NCBI GenBank assembly: GCA_907165135.1
Contig: OU015568.1
Span: 9,362,001-9,426,000 of the forward strand
Direction of reading: 5' to 3'
Length of the DNA: 64,000 nt
Source: Oikopleura dioica
Taxonomy: Eukaryota; Animalia; Chordata
A program made the translations under genes and the position numbers. The notes beneath the pieces were generated by a model, which ran no database searches, was not told where the DNA came from, and saw nothing but the letters and a program-made list of their open reading frames with translations. Positions 1 through 11,027 of this stretch are shown piece by piece (the stretch's first letter is position 1; every line of letters begins with the position of its first letter).

Positions 1-42
1 TAAGCTCATCATAAAAATCCTGTCCTTTTTCTCTCTGAAGTC

Positions 43-1750
43 TCATTTCTTCCTCGTTGTCTTCAGTTGCTGGATTCTGCTCTTCTGATGCCTCTTCTAT
101 CTGATTCTGCTCTGCACTCGGTTCCTTTTCACTGGCTTCTGTTGTTTCTAGTGCTGGTTGAACATTACTTGAGGAGCTGTTGTTTGAGACTGGCGGCGCT
201 AGCTCCTCCTCCCTGAAATAACTTTACGTCCTCGAGGATGTCCTCTCTGATTTCCTACCGGGTTTGAGGCGCCTGATCTTCCGTCTGAATTCCTTGAGAG
301 TTTTGCTCAAGGTCTTGCCACTTTTTCAGCCGATCTTTTATGCTAAAAAAGGATTGAAAATTTCGCTATCTTCGTTGATTTCACCTGAAGCCCCGTGGAA
401 AACTATCTCGTCGGTGAAAATACAGATTCTCTTTCTTTCTCGAGTTTAGAACAGAAATTTCGGACGAATGGAATTTTTGCTCTAAACAATCCTTTGGCAG
501 CGCCGTCTTGATGGACTGCGGCTGCGATTTGTTCTGAAGGATTTCCTCCTTTGTCTCGTTCGGCTGTGGATAATTGATATCGGTTTTGTCCAAGTGCGAT
601 GGATTACCATCCGATTGAACGGATTTGTACTCGTTCAACTCGACAGCTATATCTTCATCCCTATTCTGTATGAGCTCATCCCCTCGCTCTTCTTCTTTCT
701 CAGCAGTTTTGTAAGATTCTGAGCTGCGAGTAGACGCCTCTGAGGAATTTTCCTCGCTGGAGCTTGAAATTAAATCAATTTTTCATGTAAAAATTATTTT
801 CTAAAACTACTCAAAGTGCAAATTTAGAACTTTGATCAATGAAAACTGTTGTTTGACAAACCTAGAAGATCGAGAGACAGATCTCAGTTCCTCCTCGATT
901 CTTTTCTTATTATCTGGTTCATTTTCTCTCTGAATTTCGACTGGCGGCATTGGGAACTCATCAAGTTTCATTTCGCTGTCATTCGTTTTCGATATGCTGA
1001 CGTGAGTTCGATCGGAGATATCCGTAAATGACTCGGTGACAGTAGTTTGGGTCGATGAGTCGCAGAAAAAAACTCTCTTTGGCTGAGCACTAGTCGGTGA
1101 AATTAACGTCGTGTTGACTTGGACCCCTATGTTTTGCGCGCTTGAGCTGGGTCAAAAATCGCTGGATTTTTTAATTCTTCCAGATCAAGATTCAAACCCT
1201 TCCTGTTATTAGCCACGCTTGAATCTGAAGAAAAAATTCTCTTACAAGTAGGACGCAGCCCAAAGGCGAAAGCTACTTTGACTCGTACCTGAGAGGCGCT
1301 GGTTGAATTCCTTGAAGCTGGAAATTCGCGCATGCCGCTGGTAGGCCTGGTCAGTTCGCTCCGCCAGATCAAGTGTTTTCGGCGACGGCGGGCGCTTACT
1401 TGCTAAATGCGGATTTGAGTTAAAAAGATCTAAAATCTCAAAGTCATGAGCAGCTCTTTCTTTGTTCTAATCGCAGTCAGGAGATTCTCTCTTACCGAAA
1501 ACAGCATCTTCATCTTTCATCGAGATTTTCAACATGTTTTTTTTAGAAAATTTTAACTTCTCTAATCCCTTCCTGAATCTTTTCTCTCCATTTTGTTCAC
1601 TTTTATTATAAGCTCTGACTTATGCATCTTTCCAATCTCGTAATTCTTCGCTACCATCTCTAAGCCAATTTTTAGGGCTTTCGGATAATTGCTTCTCCTC
1701 TTCTTATTATAGCTCCATCTTTGCCCGGGAAGCAGGCGGTCGACTTTCTT
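43..1750 (-). CDS. Multi-exon gene, unknown low-complexity acidic/Ser-rich protein (5' end not resolved, may extend to ~2250)
   Basis: Minus-strand open exons join in frame across GT-AG introns: ...KVDRLLPGQRWSYNKKRRSNYPKALKIGLEMVAKNYEIGK..., ...TTLISPTSAQPKESFFCDSSTQTT...RIEEELRSVSRSS, ...NEYKSVQSDGNPSHLDK..., SIKDRLKKWQDLEQNSQG..TR|EEELAPPVSNNSSSSNV...EDNEEK*. Stop TGA at 43-45. Confidence 0.55.
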
Positions 1751-2710
1751 ACTGCAACAACAAAAAAGAAAAAAAAAGTTACGAGGTCAAATTATCCGTC
1801 AATGCCAAATCCGCAGTAATAATTAGAGGATTCAAAGACAATAGAAACGATGCATGGGAAGATACTTTTGAATTCACGAGTAGACATCAAGAATCTCGAT
1901 CGATTACGGAGCAGACTTTTCTGCCTGAGTTATAGTAATGACACCCTTATTTTACATGAGCAAAGCATGGTTCAAAGGATTTTTGATTTTTGTAATTTAT
2001 ATCAATTCTTACCTTTCAAAAAACTTCTCTAAGAGCTCAAAAACGAGATCGATCTTCTGATAAATTCTAGTCAGAAATAAAAGCCAATACGATTAGATAA
2101 TCACTGACACGCTGAGAAACCAGAGGCCGGAAATTGTTGTTGTGTTCGGTAAAGGTAGATTGCTTCTGAAAGAAAATCAGAAGGCAAAAGCTCATTCGGA
2201 TTAACTCATCTCAAGCTTGCTCCACGACATCAATTTTCAATGCTCCGAGGAATCAACTTCGTTTTCAATTATTCATGCCTGTATTTATGTGTAAACTGCT
2301 CAAATAATGCATTTTCAAAGAAAGACTCAGCTTCTGATTACTTTTTAAAATAAATATTTTATTTACTGATGACACAGTTTGAATAAAAACAAGAAATGTT
2401 CGATAAGGCGTTAGGCCAAAGATCGAAGTGGGACGAATTTATCGCCAATGAATTAAAAACATTGGATACAAGAAAAGAAAAAGTTTCAGGACTCCGAAAT
2501 GGAGGAAAAAGCAAGAAAAGTGCGAAAAGAGGAAATTTCATGCGGAAATACAGTACGAGAGAAAATGAACGAATTCCTACTCAGAGCACAAAACAGCGGT
2601 GAAAAAAATTGAAACAGGTAAAATTTGCAACGATGCAACGGGAAAAAAGAAACGGTAACGGTAGGAATTTCAGAAAAAACTAGGAAAGTGGCTGTTCAAC
2701 TAGGACCTTT

Positions 2711-4702
2711 TTACCAGGAGACGACGGACGCTCGGCTTTGGGATCGGCTTCGGCTGAGGTTTCGGCAAAAGTCCATGACGGTCTTGCTGACAAATCCTTC
2801 GGAAGTGATGATGATGTCCATAGCGTCGAGGAGCTCGTTTTTCTTGACTCCGTAGCAGCTTCGGACGTGGCCGAGTGTGGTCTTGCACTCGCAGAGAGCA
2901 AGTTTATTATGATTTCCCAATTTAGTCAAGCTGGCGGCAACGTAGTTTCGGAGAATTCGCGACTTGACTTCAGCCCTAAAATGATAAAAGTTAACCCCGT
3001 GGAATCAACAACGACTTTTTTTCTTACCGATCGAGTTTGACAAAGTTGTGGAGAATGTCCCTCACGTTGGGATTGTAATCTGGAATACACTTCGCCAGCT
3101 TGAAAAGCAGATCATGTACCACGCGCTCTCCCGAGAATCGACCACAGGCGCGAATGATGCAGCTCCAATCCTTCTGGGTGAAATTGTTGAAGTCGGCGGC
3201 GTGGAGGACAATTGCGCAACGGATGACGATTTGCTTGAAGAGCTCGTGGTCCTCGGCCCGTTTTCCAAAGACCCGGTGGAAGGCATCAAGCCAGTGAATC
3301 GTCAAAAGTCTGAAAAAAGTTATAAGGGGCTGAAAAAGGAGTATTTTTAACTTACCGTCCATCTGGGTGCTTCTTATCAAAAGAAATGTCAATGCTGAGG
3401 AAGATCTCGGGGATAGTTCGCTCGAGTCCGATGTGGCGGAATTCTTCGCAGCAAATGTAGTCGCCGAGTGTTTTGGTGAGGAGGATGAGATCGTACTCGG
3501 GCCAGGTGAACGGGTACGTGCTCGAGCCGAGCCAGCAGGCGGCAGAGTTGATCATCGTCATCTTGAGCTCTGGTTTGATTTCCCGGACGAGGAAGTGGGA
3601 GAAGTTCGTCTTGCAGAAGAGAATGACTTCCTCCAATGGAACGATGTTGCTTTCCTCCTGAAACAGATCTCGTAAAAGGGGAAGAAAAGCAAAGACTTAC
3701 GTAGTGGCACAAGTTGATCAGAACGGCAATGTCGCTCTTCTTCAACGAGTAACCGATCTGGAGCAAATCATAAGCGATCTCTAGCTTTCGCTTGTTGTCG
3801 AAACGCTCTGGATGAGCTCGGATAGCATGGATGGTTTCTTTGACAATCTGGCCGAGACCTGTTCCGTGGACGACTCCATTCTTCAGCTCTGCTTTTTCCT
3901 CTGGCGGCGCGTTTCTCCACTTGGAGATGGTGGTATGGAGAACGGCTTCGGTAAAATAGGCGGTGTTGTAGAGCTTGAACGTGGCCATCATTCTCTCCGC
4001 TTCAATCCAGTATGGGAGGCAGCTCAGATCTTTCGCTAAAAAATAAAGTTTCAGAAAACGCTGATGCGATGAAAAAAGGAAAATTCCTTTCCCCTGAGAT
4101 GAAAAATGGCAACTAATCGCTCAAGAATGGGAGTGAATTGCAAATGAATGGTACGTGGTATGGTACTTACAGCTAAGATTCTGCATCATCTGGATGAAGA
4201 TTTCCTGCGGAAGTCCTGCGGCGAATCGATTGGAAGGAGTCATCGTCGGTGGGGTCAGCGAGAGAGCAGGAGAGATTGACGGAGAATACTCACTTTCCGA
4301 AAGGTGAGGTTCAGTTGGGGCCCAGTTCCAGGCCCCTCGACCTTCATGGTGGAGAAGGAGAAGAGTTTGCTGTCCGGCGATTTGGTTCATACAAGACTGG
4401 GAGTCGTTGTTGTTTCCAGCATCGAATTCTTCAGGTTCTAGAGAAAGGTTAGCTCACGTGATGTTTTTGAGGATTTGAAAATAGTCATTCATGATTTCAA
4501 TTCAAAAAAATATTTTGAATGGATAATCTTTGATATTTCATAATAAACCTTTAATTTAATTTAAATAAATATAGAGGACAACAATTAATTTGAAAGAAAA
4601 CTTACCGATTTCTTCTTCGTCCCTAGGAACCTTGACAGAGTTTGGCTGAGTGTTGGAATTGGCTCTGTGGAGCCCTCTGACTTCCTTGAGAACCATGCTC
4701 AT
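2711..4702 (-). CDS. Multi-exon gene (~6 exons), unknown helical protein
   Basis: MSMVLKEVRGLHRANS..EEEI (ATG ~4702, GTAAG donor ~4605). Further exons ~4171-4440, ~3701-4038 (..YWIEAERMMATFKLYNT..LINLCHY), ~3356-3670 (EEVILFCKTNF..DKKHPD), ~3025-3305 and 2711-~2975 (..SRASVVSW*), all with canonical GTAAG donors. No family recognised. Confidence 0.7.
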
Positions 4703-5967
4703 TCGTCTTCTCTTGATCAGATTATCTCTTGATTAGGATAATTAAAAAATTTGATAAAATTATTTGATGTTTTCCGCGTGTGTGCGAAAACGGGAATGAG
4801 CGTCCGAGACGGGAGAGAGCAGGGGAGCCCTCGGCTTCGTGGCCTAGTCGATGATTCACGATCGCGCTCGATCCTGCTCGAAACGAACCAATCCAAAACT
4901 CACCAGATACGGTTTACGCGCTGTTTTCGTCGGATAGCCAAAAACACTGGCTTATTCACTCGCTTTAGTGAGTCGAAAGGCAATTTTGATTTTGTAAGAA
5001 AGACGAAAACAACCATTTTAGAGCGGAAAAAAGGGAAAGCTAAAAATAGGGTAAAAACGCGTAAATTATCTGGAGATCAAAAAATTATATTTTTAACCTT
5101 TATGTTTGAGAAGAAATTGTGTTTTTAGAGAAATTTATAAAAATCTTCTTAACTAAATTTTAAGTTCGGGAAACTTTATTAAAGCCGAAGTTAAAAGGAT
5201 ATTTTTTCGATAATTTCAAAAATAAAAGTACTCTTTGTGCATTGACTTTATCAAAAGTAAGAAATCTCGTCGAAGAGAACCTCCGATAAGACATTTTTGA
5301 AAGCAATTCTTGAAAAGGGAAAACGAGGGCGTGAGAAAGTTGGCGCACCCTAATTTGAACTTATGACTCATCGAAGGAGAGACTAACTCACGGCGAATTT
5401 AGCTTCTTTTTGCGAGAATATTCCAGAAGCTTTTTTCTAGGAGAAAATCGTCTTTACCGGCTATTCCTCGTCGAAATCTCATATTTTCGACCCTAAAATA
5501 TTTTTTGAAACAATAATTGAAGAGAAAGGAAAGGAAGACCCCTTCTAAATATTGACCAGAAGAGGAAGAATTTTAGAGAAAACAATTTCTTCTCGAAAAT
5601 TCGAGAAAATTTTAAGGGGCGTGTCTGGTTTTTTTGCTTGAAATCGACACATTTCAGAAGAGAAAATTTTCATCATTTTTTCTGATGCAAGAATCTTCAA
5701 CACTGAGTCAAAGTGACAAATCCAGTCTTCTCAATAATCAATCATTCTTTCCATATTCTCAAAGTTCAGCGAAAAGCACCCCTCGGCACTTTGTCCGAGA
5801 TGTTCTAAAATGTTCTTGATTCATATTCTAGTCATCCTTTCTTTCCGAGGCGCCGTGAAATTTATACAAAACATATTTCTTTTTCCTTTTATTGTTTTAA
5901 ATTTGTCAATTCAAGTGAAACTTTTCAGAGTTTCGTCGAGGAGATTCGCGAAATCGGACTCACCGAA

Positions 5968-6593
5968 ATGCCGCCGCTAATTCGAAAAGAAGAAATGTTT
6001 AGCTCCGATTCGGAGGACTTTTCGGACGATGAGGACTGGCACCCTTTGGTAGATCGGCATCGTCGGAGAGCAGTTCGTTTCATCGAGTCTGATTCTGAAG
6101 ACGAACATGAATTTTCGCATGTCGAAATGATTCTTCATCTATTTGAAATCGCTCTGCAGGAGCTGGGCTCGGCAACCGGGTGGAAAACTTGACTACGGGT
6201 CCTGAAAAGGTTTTACTAAATAAGCGCTTTCGCCTAGAATAATATCTCACTATATTTCACACTGACTCAGGTTTTCTTCACATGTTGCCGAGCCCAGGCT
6301 AGGAGAATGTTGGTCGTCTTTTTTGGGGCCGAGAAGAAGATTCAGAGGATGACTATTCTACAGATTCCGAGTTTTCTGGCGAGGAGATGGAAGCAGATTC
6401 AGAAGAAGAAGAAGAGGGAGATTTGTTGGAGCATCTGGCGTCTTTGTTCGTCGAAGAGCGGAGGTTCTCTTTCAAGCGCGAGAAAAACGTTGATATTTGA
6501 AATTTTAGTGACGTAGACGAGGAGGAACACGATTCTGAAAAACAGGAAGAATTCGAAGAGCTACAGGACGAAAGAGAGAAAAATCGCCAGTAA
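5968..6593 (+). CDS. Acidic low-complexity protein, paralog 1 (MPP...DWHPLV family)
   Basis: MPPLIRKEEMFSSDSEDFSDDEDWHPLVDRH..ALQ, then a probable GA-AG intron to 6302, ENVGRLFWGREEDSEDD..EERS, intron, DVDEEEHDSE..EKNRQ* (TAA ends 6593). TTTTCAG upstream of the ATG. Confidence 0.7.
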
Positions 6594-6819
6594 AAGAAGA
6601 CCTGTAAATTTTGCCCCTATTTTAGATTCACTGCCTTACTGGAAATGCCTTCACTACAGAAATATAACTGTTTTTATTTTGATTAAGAAAAATTCTTAAT
6701 AAATTAAATTTAAAAAGAGTGTGCGCCTTTCTCAAAATAGATTTTTCTTGAATATCATTTCAAATCAAATTTCTTTCAGATTTTTAAAGTAGGGAATCTG
6801 AAATCGGGCTCTTCGAAAA

Positions 6820-8272
6820 ATGCCGCCGCTTATTCCAAAAGAAGGAGAAGAGGAAGAATATTTTTCCGAATCAGATCTTTCCGAAGATGAGTGGCACCCT
6901 CTTGTTGGGTTGTAGGCGGTAACGTGGGATTTTAATCCTGTGCACACTCAAGTGCCTGATGTGGGATTTTTAATCCCACGTTCATGATTTCGTCGACGTG
7001 GGATTATAAAATCCCACATCAGGCACTCCGGTTGACGTGGGATTGAAAATCCCACATGACCGCATTTCAGGGGTCGATCGACGTGGGATTTTTTTCTGCT
7101 CAAAATTCAATGACACAAACAACTCTAGAACAAAATAAGACAAAAACTGCAGGACAAGGTACGCGACGGGCCAAAAATAAGCTTGTTTTTAGGGGTTTAT
7201 CTCCATTCCTGCACGCCTAAGTTATGTTGTGTAAAATCAGGGATTTGTATGCGCTCCGCGCTTGATTTGAAAGAGAAACTCATCTTTGAGGTTAAAATCT
7301 TTCTCTATAATCGCGCATTTAGTCAAAACAGTTCGCTTTTCGGTTAACTCTTTTTCGTTGTACATCAAATTAGCTATTTGTGACGTAAAAACATCCATAT
7401 TTACGTCCGAGCTGATGAAAGAGCCCGGGGAGACGGAATAATTGTAAAAATATTCTAGATGGATGACTCTTGTTGTTGTTAATTTGAGCAAAAAAATCCC
7501 ACGTCGATCGACCCCCTGAAATGCGGTCATGTGGGATTTTCAATCCCACGTCCACCAGAGTGCTCGATGTGGGATTTTAAAATCCCACGTCAGTGAAATT
7601 AACAACGTGGGATTAAAAATCCCACATCAGGCACTTGAGTGTGCACAGGATTAAAATCCCACGTTACCGCATACCACCTCTTGTTGGTCATCACAGAGAT
7701 ATTCTCCCTGAAGAAGTCGATTTAGAAGAAGATTTGACTCAGATTGAAAGATATCAAACGATTGAGGATTTTATAGCGCAGGAAATTGCTGAAGAACGAA
7801 ATTTCATTGAAAGAGCGCAACTTAATTCCTCTGAATCGGAGTCTGAAGAAGAGGTGTTGTATGAACAAAGCGATAGATTGCAAACCGAAGAGCAAGAGGA
7901 GGAAGAACGAAATAATCAAAATAGAGAAAGGTTCGGTTTCTATCGCAGAGCAACAAGAATCACTTTTCAAATGATAAGATGAAGCCCTGAATAAGAGTAG
8001 CACAGCTTCGGGAGATTGGAAACGAAGATCGTCCAAGAGGAAATCAGCAGATTACAGTAGATCAAGAAAATATGGAAAGAGAAGGAGCTGGTCGTCGTCG
8101 AGCTCATCGTCATCGGATCATCATGCTTCCACCCGACGAGTCTGATTCTGAAGAAGAATCGGAACTTCAAGAGCCAGAGGAAAAACGAATTCGCTTGGAA
8201 AATGAGGACGAAAAAGAAAATGATGCAGCGATCCAGCCAGATGCCGAAAGAACCATGAGCGAGTACCTGTAG
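6820..8272 (+). CDS. Acidic low-complexity protein, paralog 2, exon 1 interrupted by a foldback MITE
   Basis: MPPLIPKEGEEEEYFSESDLSEDEWHPLVG is broken at 6908 and resumes in frame at 7688 (HHRDILPEEVDLEEDL..). Last exon ..LREIGNEDRPRGNQQ..MSEYL* ends at 8272. Confidence 0.7.
6909..7677. mobile_element. Non-autonomous foldback/MITE-type DNA transposon (~770 bp, ~195-bp TIRs)
   Basis: Left end GTTGTAGGCGGTAACGTGGGATTTTAATCCTGTGCACACTCAAGTGCCTGATGTGGGA matches the reverse complement of the right end (2 mismatches in the first 8 nt). Arms are ~6909-7103 and ~7483-7677 and are built from GTGGGATT..AATCCCAC units. Direct repeat CTCTTGTTGG at 6899-6908 and 7678-7687 (10-bp TSD, or 8-bp if the ends are GG...CC). 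Confidence 0.92.
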
Positions 8273-8730
8273 ATTCTTTTTCAGTTCAACTGCCCTTGAC
8301 TGTATATCGACTGGAAAACAAAACTATTTTTATTTTAATAAAAAGGAACCATTTAACATTTTAAATCATCATAAACATTAAGCGCCTTGCTTTTTTTGCA
8401 AATAATGAAGCGAAATTTGAGAAAAATAAAAGGTTGAGTTCAAACAGTAAAGTTGAGAAAATCATCAGTTCTTTTCTTAGGTCTGAGAAGTTTTTATCCG
8501 GATTTTAATCCTAGGTTACAGGGAATATGAGTCTGTCAGACTTAAAAACACCGGTACAGCTCCGGCTTGAAAGCGAGAGAATTCGTTCTAGATAGGCCGG
8601 GTAACTTGTTTTTCCCCGCTCGCGATGTAGCTCACTCTGAAATTCTTGCTCTTAGGTGAGTTCCTCGGGTGATTTTTTAAGTTATAAAGTTGTTTTTTTT
8701 TCAAGCTCCGAGGAAAGAGAAAACGAGAAA

Positions 8731-9305
8731 ATGCCCCCTCACCAGCCAGAAAAGATCAATTCTCTCTCCGACTCGGATGAATCTGATGTTGAAATGATGC
8801 ACCCGCTTTTGGCTGCTGCTAATCGACAGAACCAGGAGGTTCTCGAGGAGGACGAAGAAGTCCATGAAGAGATGGAACTAGATTGGGAGCAACTCACTGA
8901 TGTTGAAGACGATGACGAGTGGGAGGATATGGATGACGAAGATGAGGGAGATGCCGACGAGAATGCATATGATGAAGGAGAAGAGGAGGAAAATGATGGC
9001 GACGAGGACGAAATGGATGAAGAAAGTGAAGAGGAAGAAGAAGAGGAGGATCCTGAAGGGAGAGAGCGGAGCCGGAGGTGCTTAAGGTTGTGTTTCAATT
9101 TAGTTTTTTTTTCAGAAATTTTTACTGAACGTTCAGCAACGTTCTTAACTTTTCTGCGATCTTGGAGAATCAGATGCGTTCGATTCAAGAACGCTGCCAA
9201 GAGCTCGGCGAAATTCTCCACCGCCCTGACTACGACTCCGACGAGAGCTACAGCGAAGACGAAAGTGAAGATGAAATTGTTGCGAATCCAGAATTCTCAA
9301 CTTGA
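8731..9305 (+). CDS. Acidic low-complexity protein, paralog 3
   Basis: MPPHQPEKINSLSDSDESDVEMMHPLLAAA..(D/E tract)..RSRR, intron, then ..ILENQMRSIQERCQELGEILHRPDYDSDESYSEDE..PEFST* (TGA ends 9305). Confidence 0.7.
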
Positions 9306-9438
9306 AAGTTTCAAGTTGAAACTAAGCTTTAGAATTTAGTCTTTTATCAGTCAGAATTCTTTAATAAAGCATTTATTGAAAGTCAAAATGAACAGTTGTT
9401 TAATTCTCTTTACATGTTGTGGGTCGTTGAGTGATTCC

Positions 9439-9660
9439 TTATATCTGATAATCAGGTGGCGGGTTAGTTATGTTACTGGGAACTTCTTTTGAATTGGAGA
9501 AGTGGCTTTCGGAATCGAAACTGGCTCTTCTGGGAATATACCCAAGCTCGTCCCTTCTGCTTTTTTTCGAAGTGGCGTTGAGATAACACGCCAGGACGAC
9601 AATAGACATAGCAAAAGCGACGATAATTATGTACAATAAGATTTTGGGGATATCGCTGTT
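9439..9660 (-). CDS. Last exon of a small single-pass membrane protein with a cytoplasmic PPxY motif
   Basis: DIPKILLYIIIVAFAMSIVVLACYLNATSKKSRR...NPPPDYQI*: hydrophobic segment, basic stop-transfer residues, PPDY. Probable upstream exons near 9820-9845 and 10110-10155; start not resolved. Confidence 0.5.
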   Translation of the reverse strand, partial: NSDIPKILLYIIIVAFAMSIVVLACYLNATSKKSRRDELGYIPRRASFDSESHFSNSKEVPSNITNPPPDYQI

Positions 9661-11027
9661 GCAAGATTTTAGATTTAAAAGAATTGACGGTCTGACAAAT
9701 TATCTTTCATCAATCTCGCTTCTCCTCTCTGATAAATAAATCAACAATAAATTCTTAAAATGTCGACATATAAATCTATAATACACAGTAATGGCGTTGC
9801 ATCTAAAATCTTGTACCCTTGACAATACTCCTTTTCAGCTGTCAAACAAAACTCTTTCGAGCGGCCGACTTGATCCTCCGCGAATTGCTAAAACATTAAC
9901 TTATTTTTGGCGAGCTAAAAAAAGCGGTTTATAGACATCGCAGCTTAAATTAAGTTAAACTGTGCTCTTATTGCATTAGTTAGGAAGCCCTTTCCTTGAC
10001 AAAATTGAAAGTACTATGATTTGTCCAAGTCGTTTTTTTTCGGAATTTCGATTTGTTAAAATATAATTACAAAAATTAAAATTATTTCCTCCGCTAAAAA
10101 ATTCGAACTCACCTTTATAGGTAAATCTTCCTCGCTTATACTGGAATCGTCCTGTATCTGAAAAAAGTCTTTAAAAATATTCCTGCCGCTGTTGCCTTCC
10201 ATGCGAGGCGGAATATGCCTCGCTGATGGAATGCGTTCACAACAGCAGCAGAAAAATGGATGATCCGATTTAGAAATTAATTTTAATGTCCGAGTGGGAT
10301 ACTCTCAAGGATCTTAGTAGACTACTTACTGCATCCATTATGATCGTGCGTCCATCCAAAGATAATTCAATTGCTGTTTTTGAGCCCTTTAGTTGGTTCA
10401 ACAGTATTTGTTAATTTTGAGAAGTCGAGATATAAAACAACATAAAAACATATCTTTAACATCTGATCAATATGCTAATATATTGGCGATGCCAATATCT
10501 ATTTTTGCCACAGAGAAGGTCTTTTAATAGTTTTATAAGTCTACTGCGTCCCTTAATTGATGTGTTGCCCAATGTCCCGATTTCTTACTGTAAATATGAA
10601 ATGATTGTTCTTTGATAAATTAATCAAATGCCTTCCTGAACCTTTTTCTTCGAATTAAGCTCGGAAGAACTCTTCTCTTCAATAATTTCTTAGGACGAGT
10701 CAGGAATCAAAAGAACAAGAGAAAGTGAAAGCTCGTCCTTTTCTAATCCGTTTAGGTAGCCGCGGCGAAAAAATAACCGCCAGAGCTGCGCGCCATCTGG
10801 CGAGATTGTCATAACTCACCTGATTCAATTATGCATTAAATTGTGGCTTCTCCACAAACATTTATGACTGTTGATTTCCCGCGGTTTCGCCAGATATAAA
10901 ATTTATAGTTATTTACAACAAAGAACGCGTTTCATCAACTTTCAAGTGCTCTTTTGTCTCGCTCAAAATTCCTTTCATGTGTTATTCACTGAACTTTTTT
11001 CAATTTTTTGATGGTGTTTTTTAGAGA

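Noticed and set aside
6920-7670. Palindromic repeats with spacers resembling a CRISPR array
   Set aside because: Eukaryotic context. The spacers are short, irregular and mirrored in the opposite arm, and the block is flanked by a TSD, so these are TIR sub-repeats of a MITE. No cas genes.
8739-9221. 160-aa Ser-rich minus-strand ORF
   Set aside because: Antisense shadow of the GAA/GAT-rich acidic gene on the plus strand.
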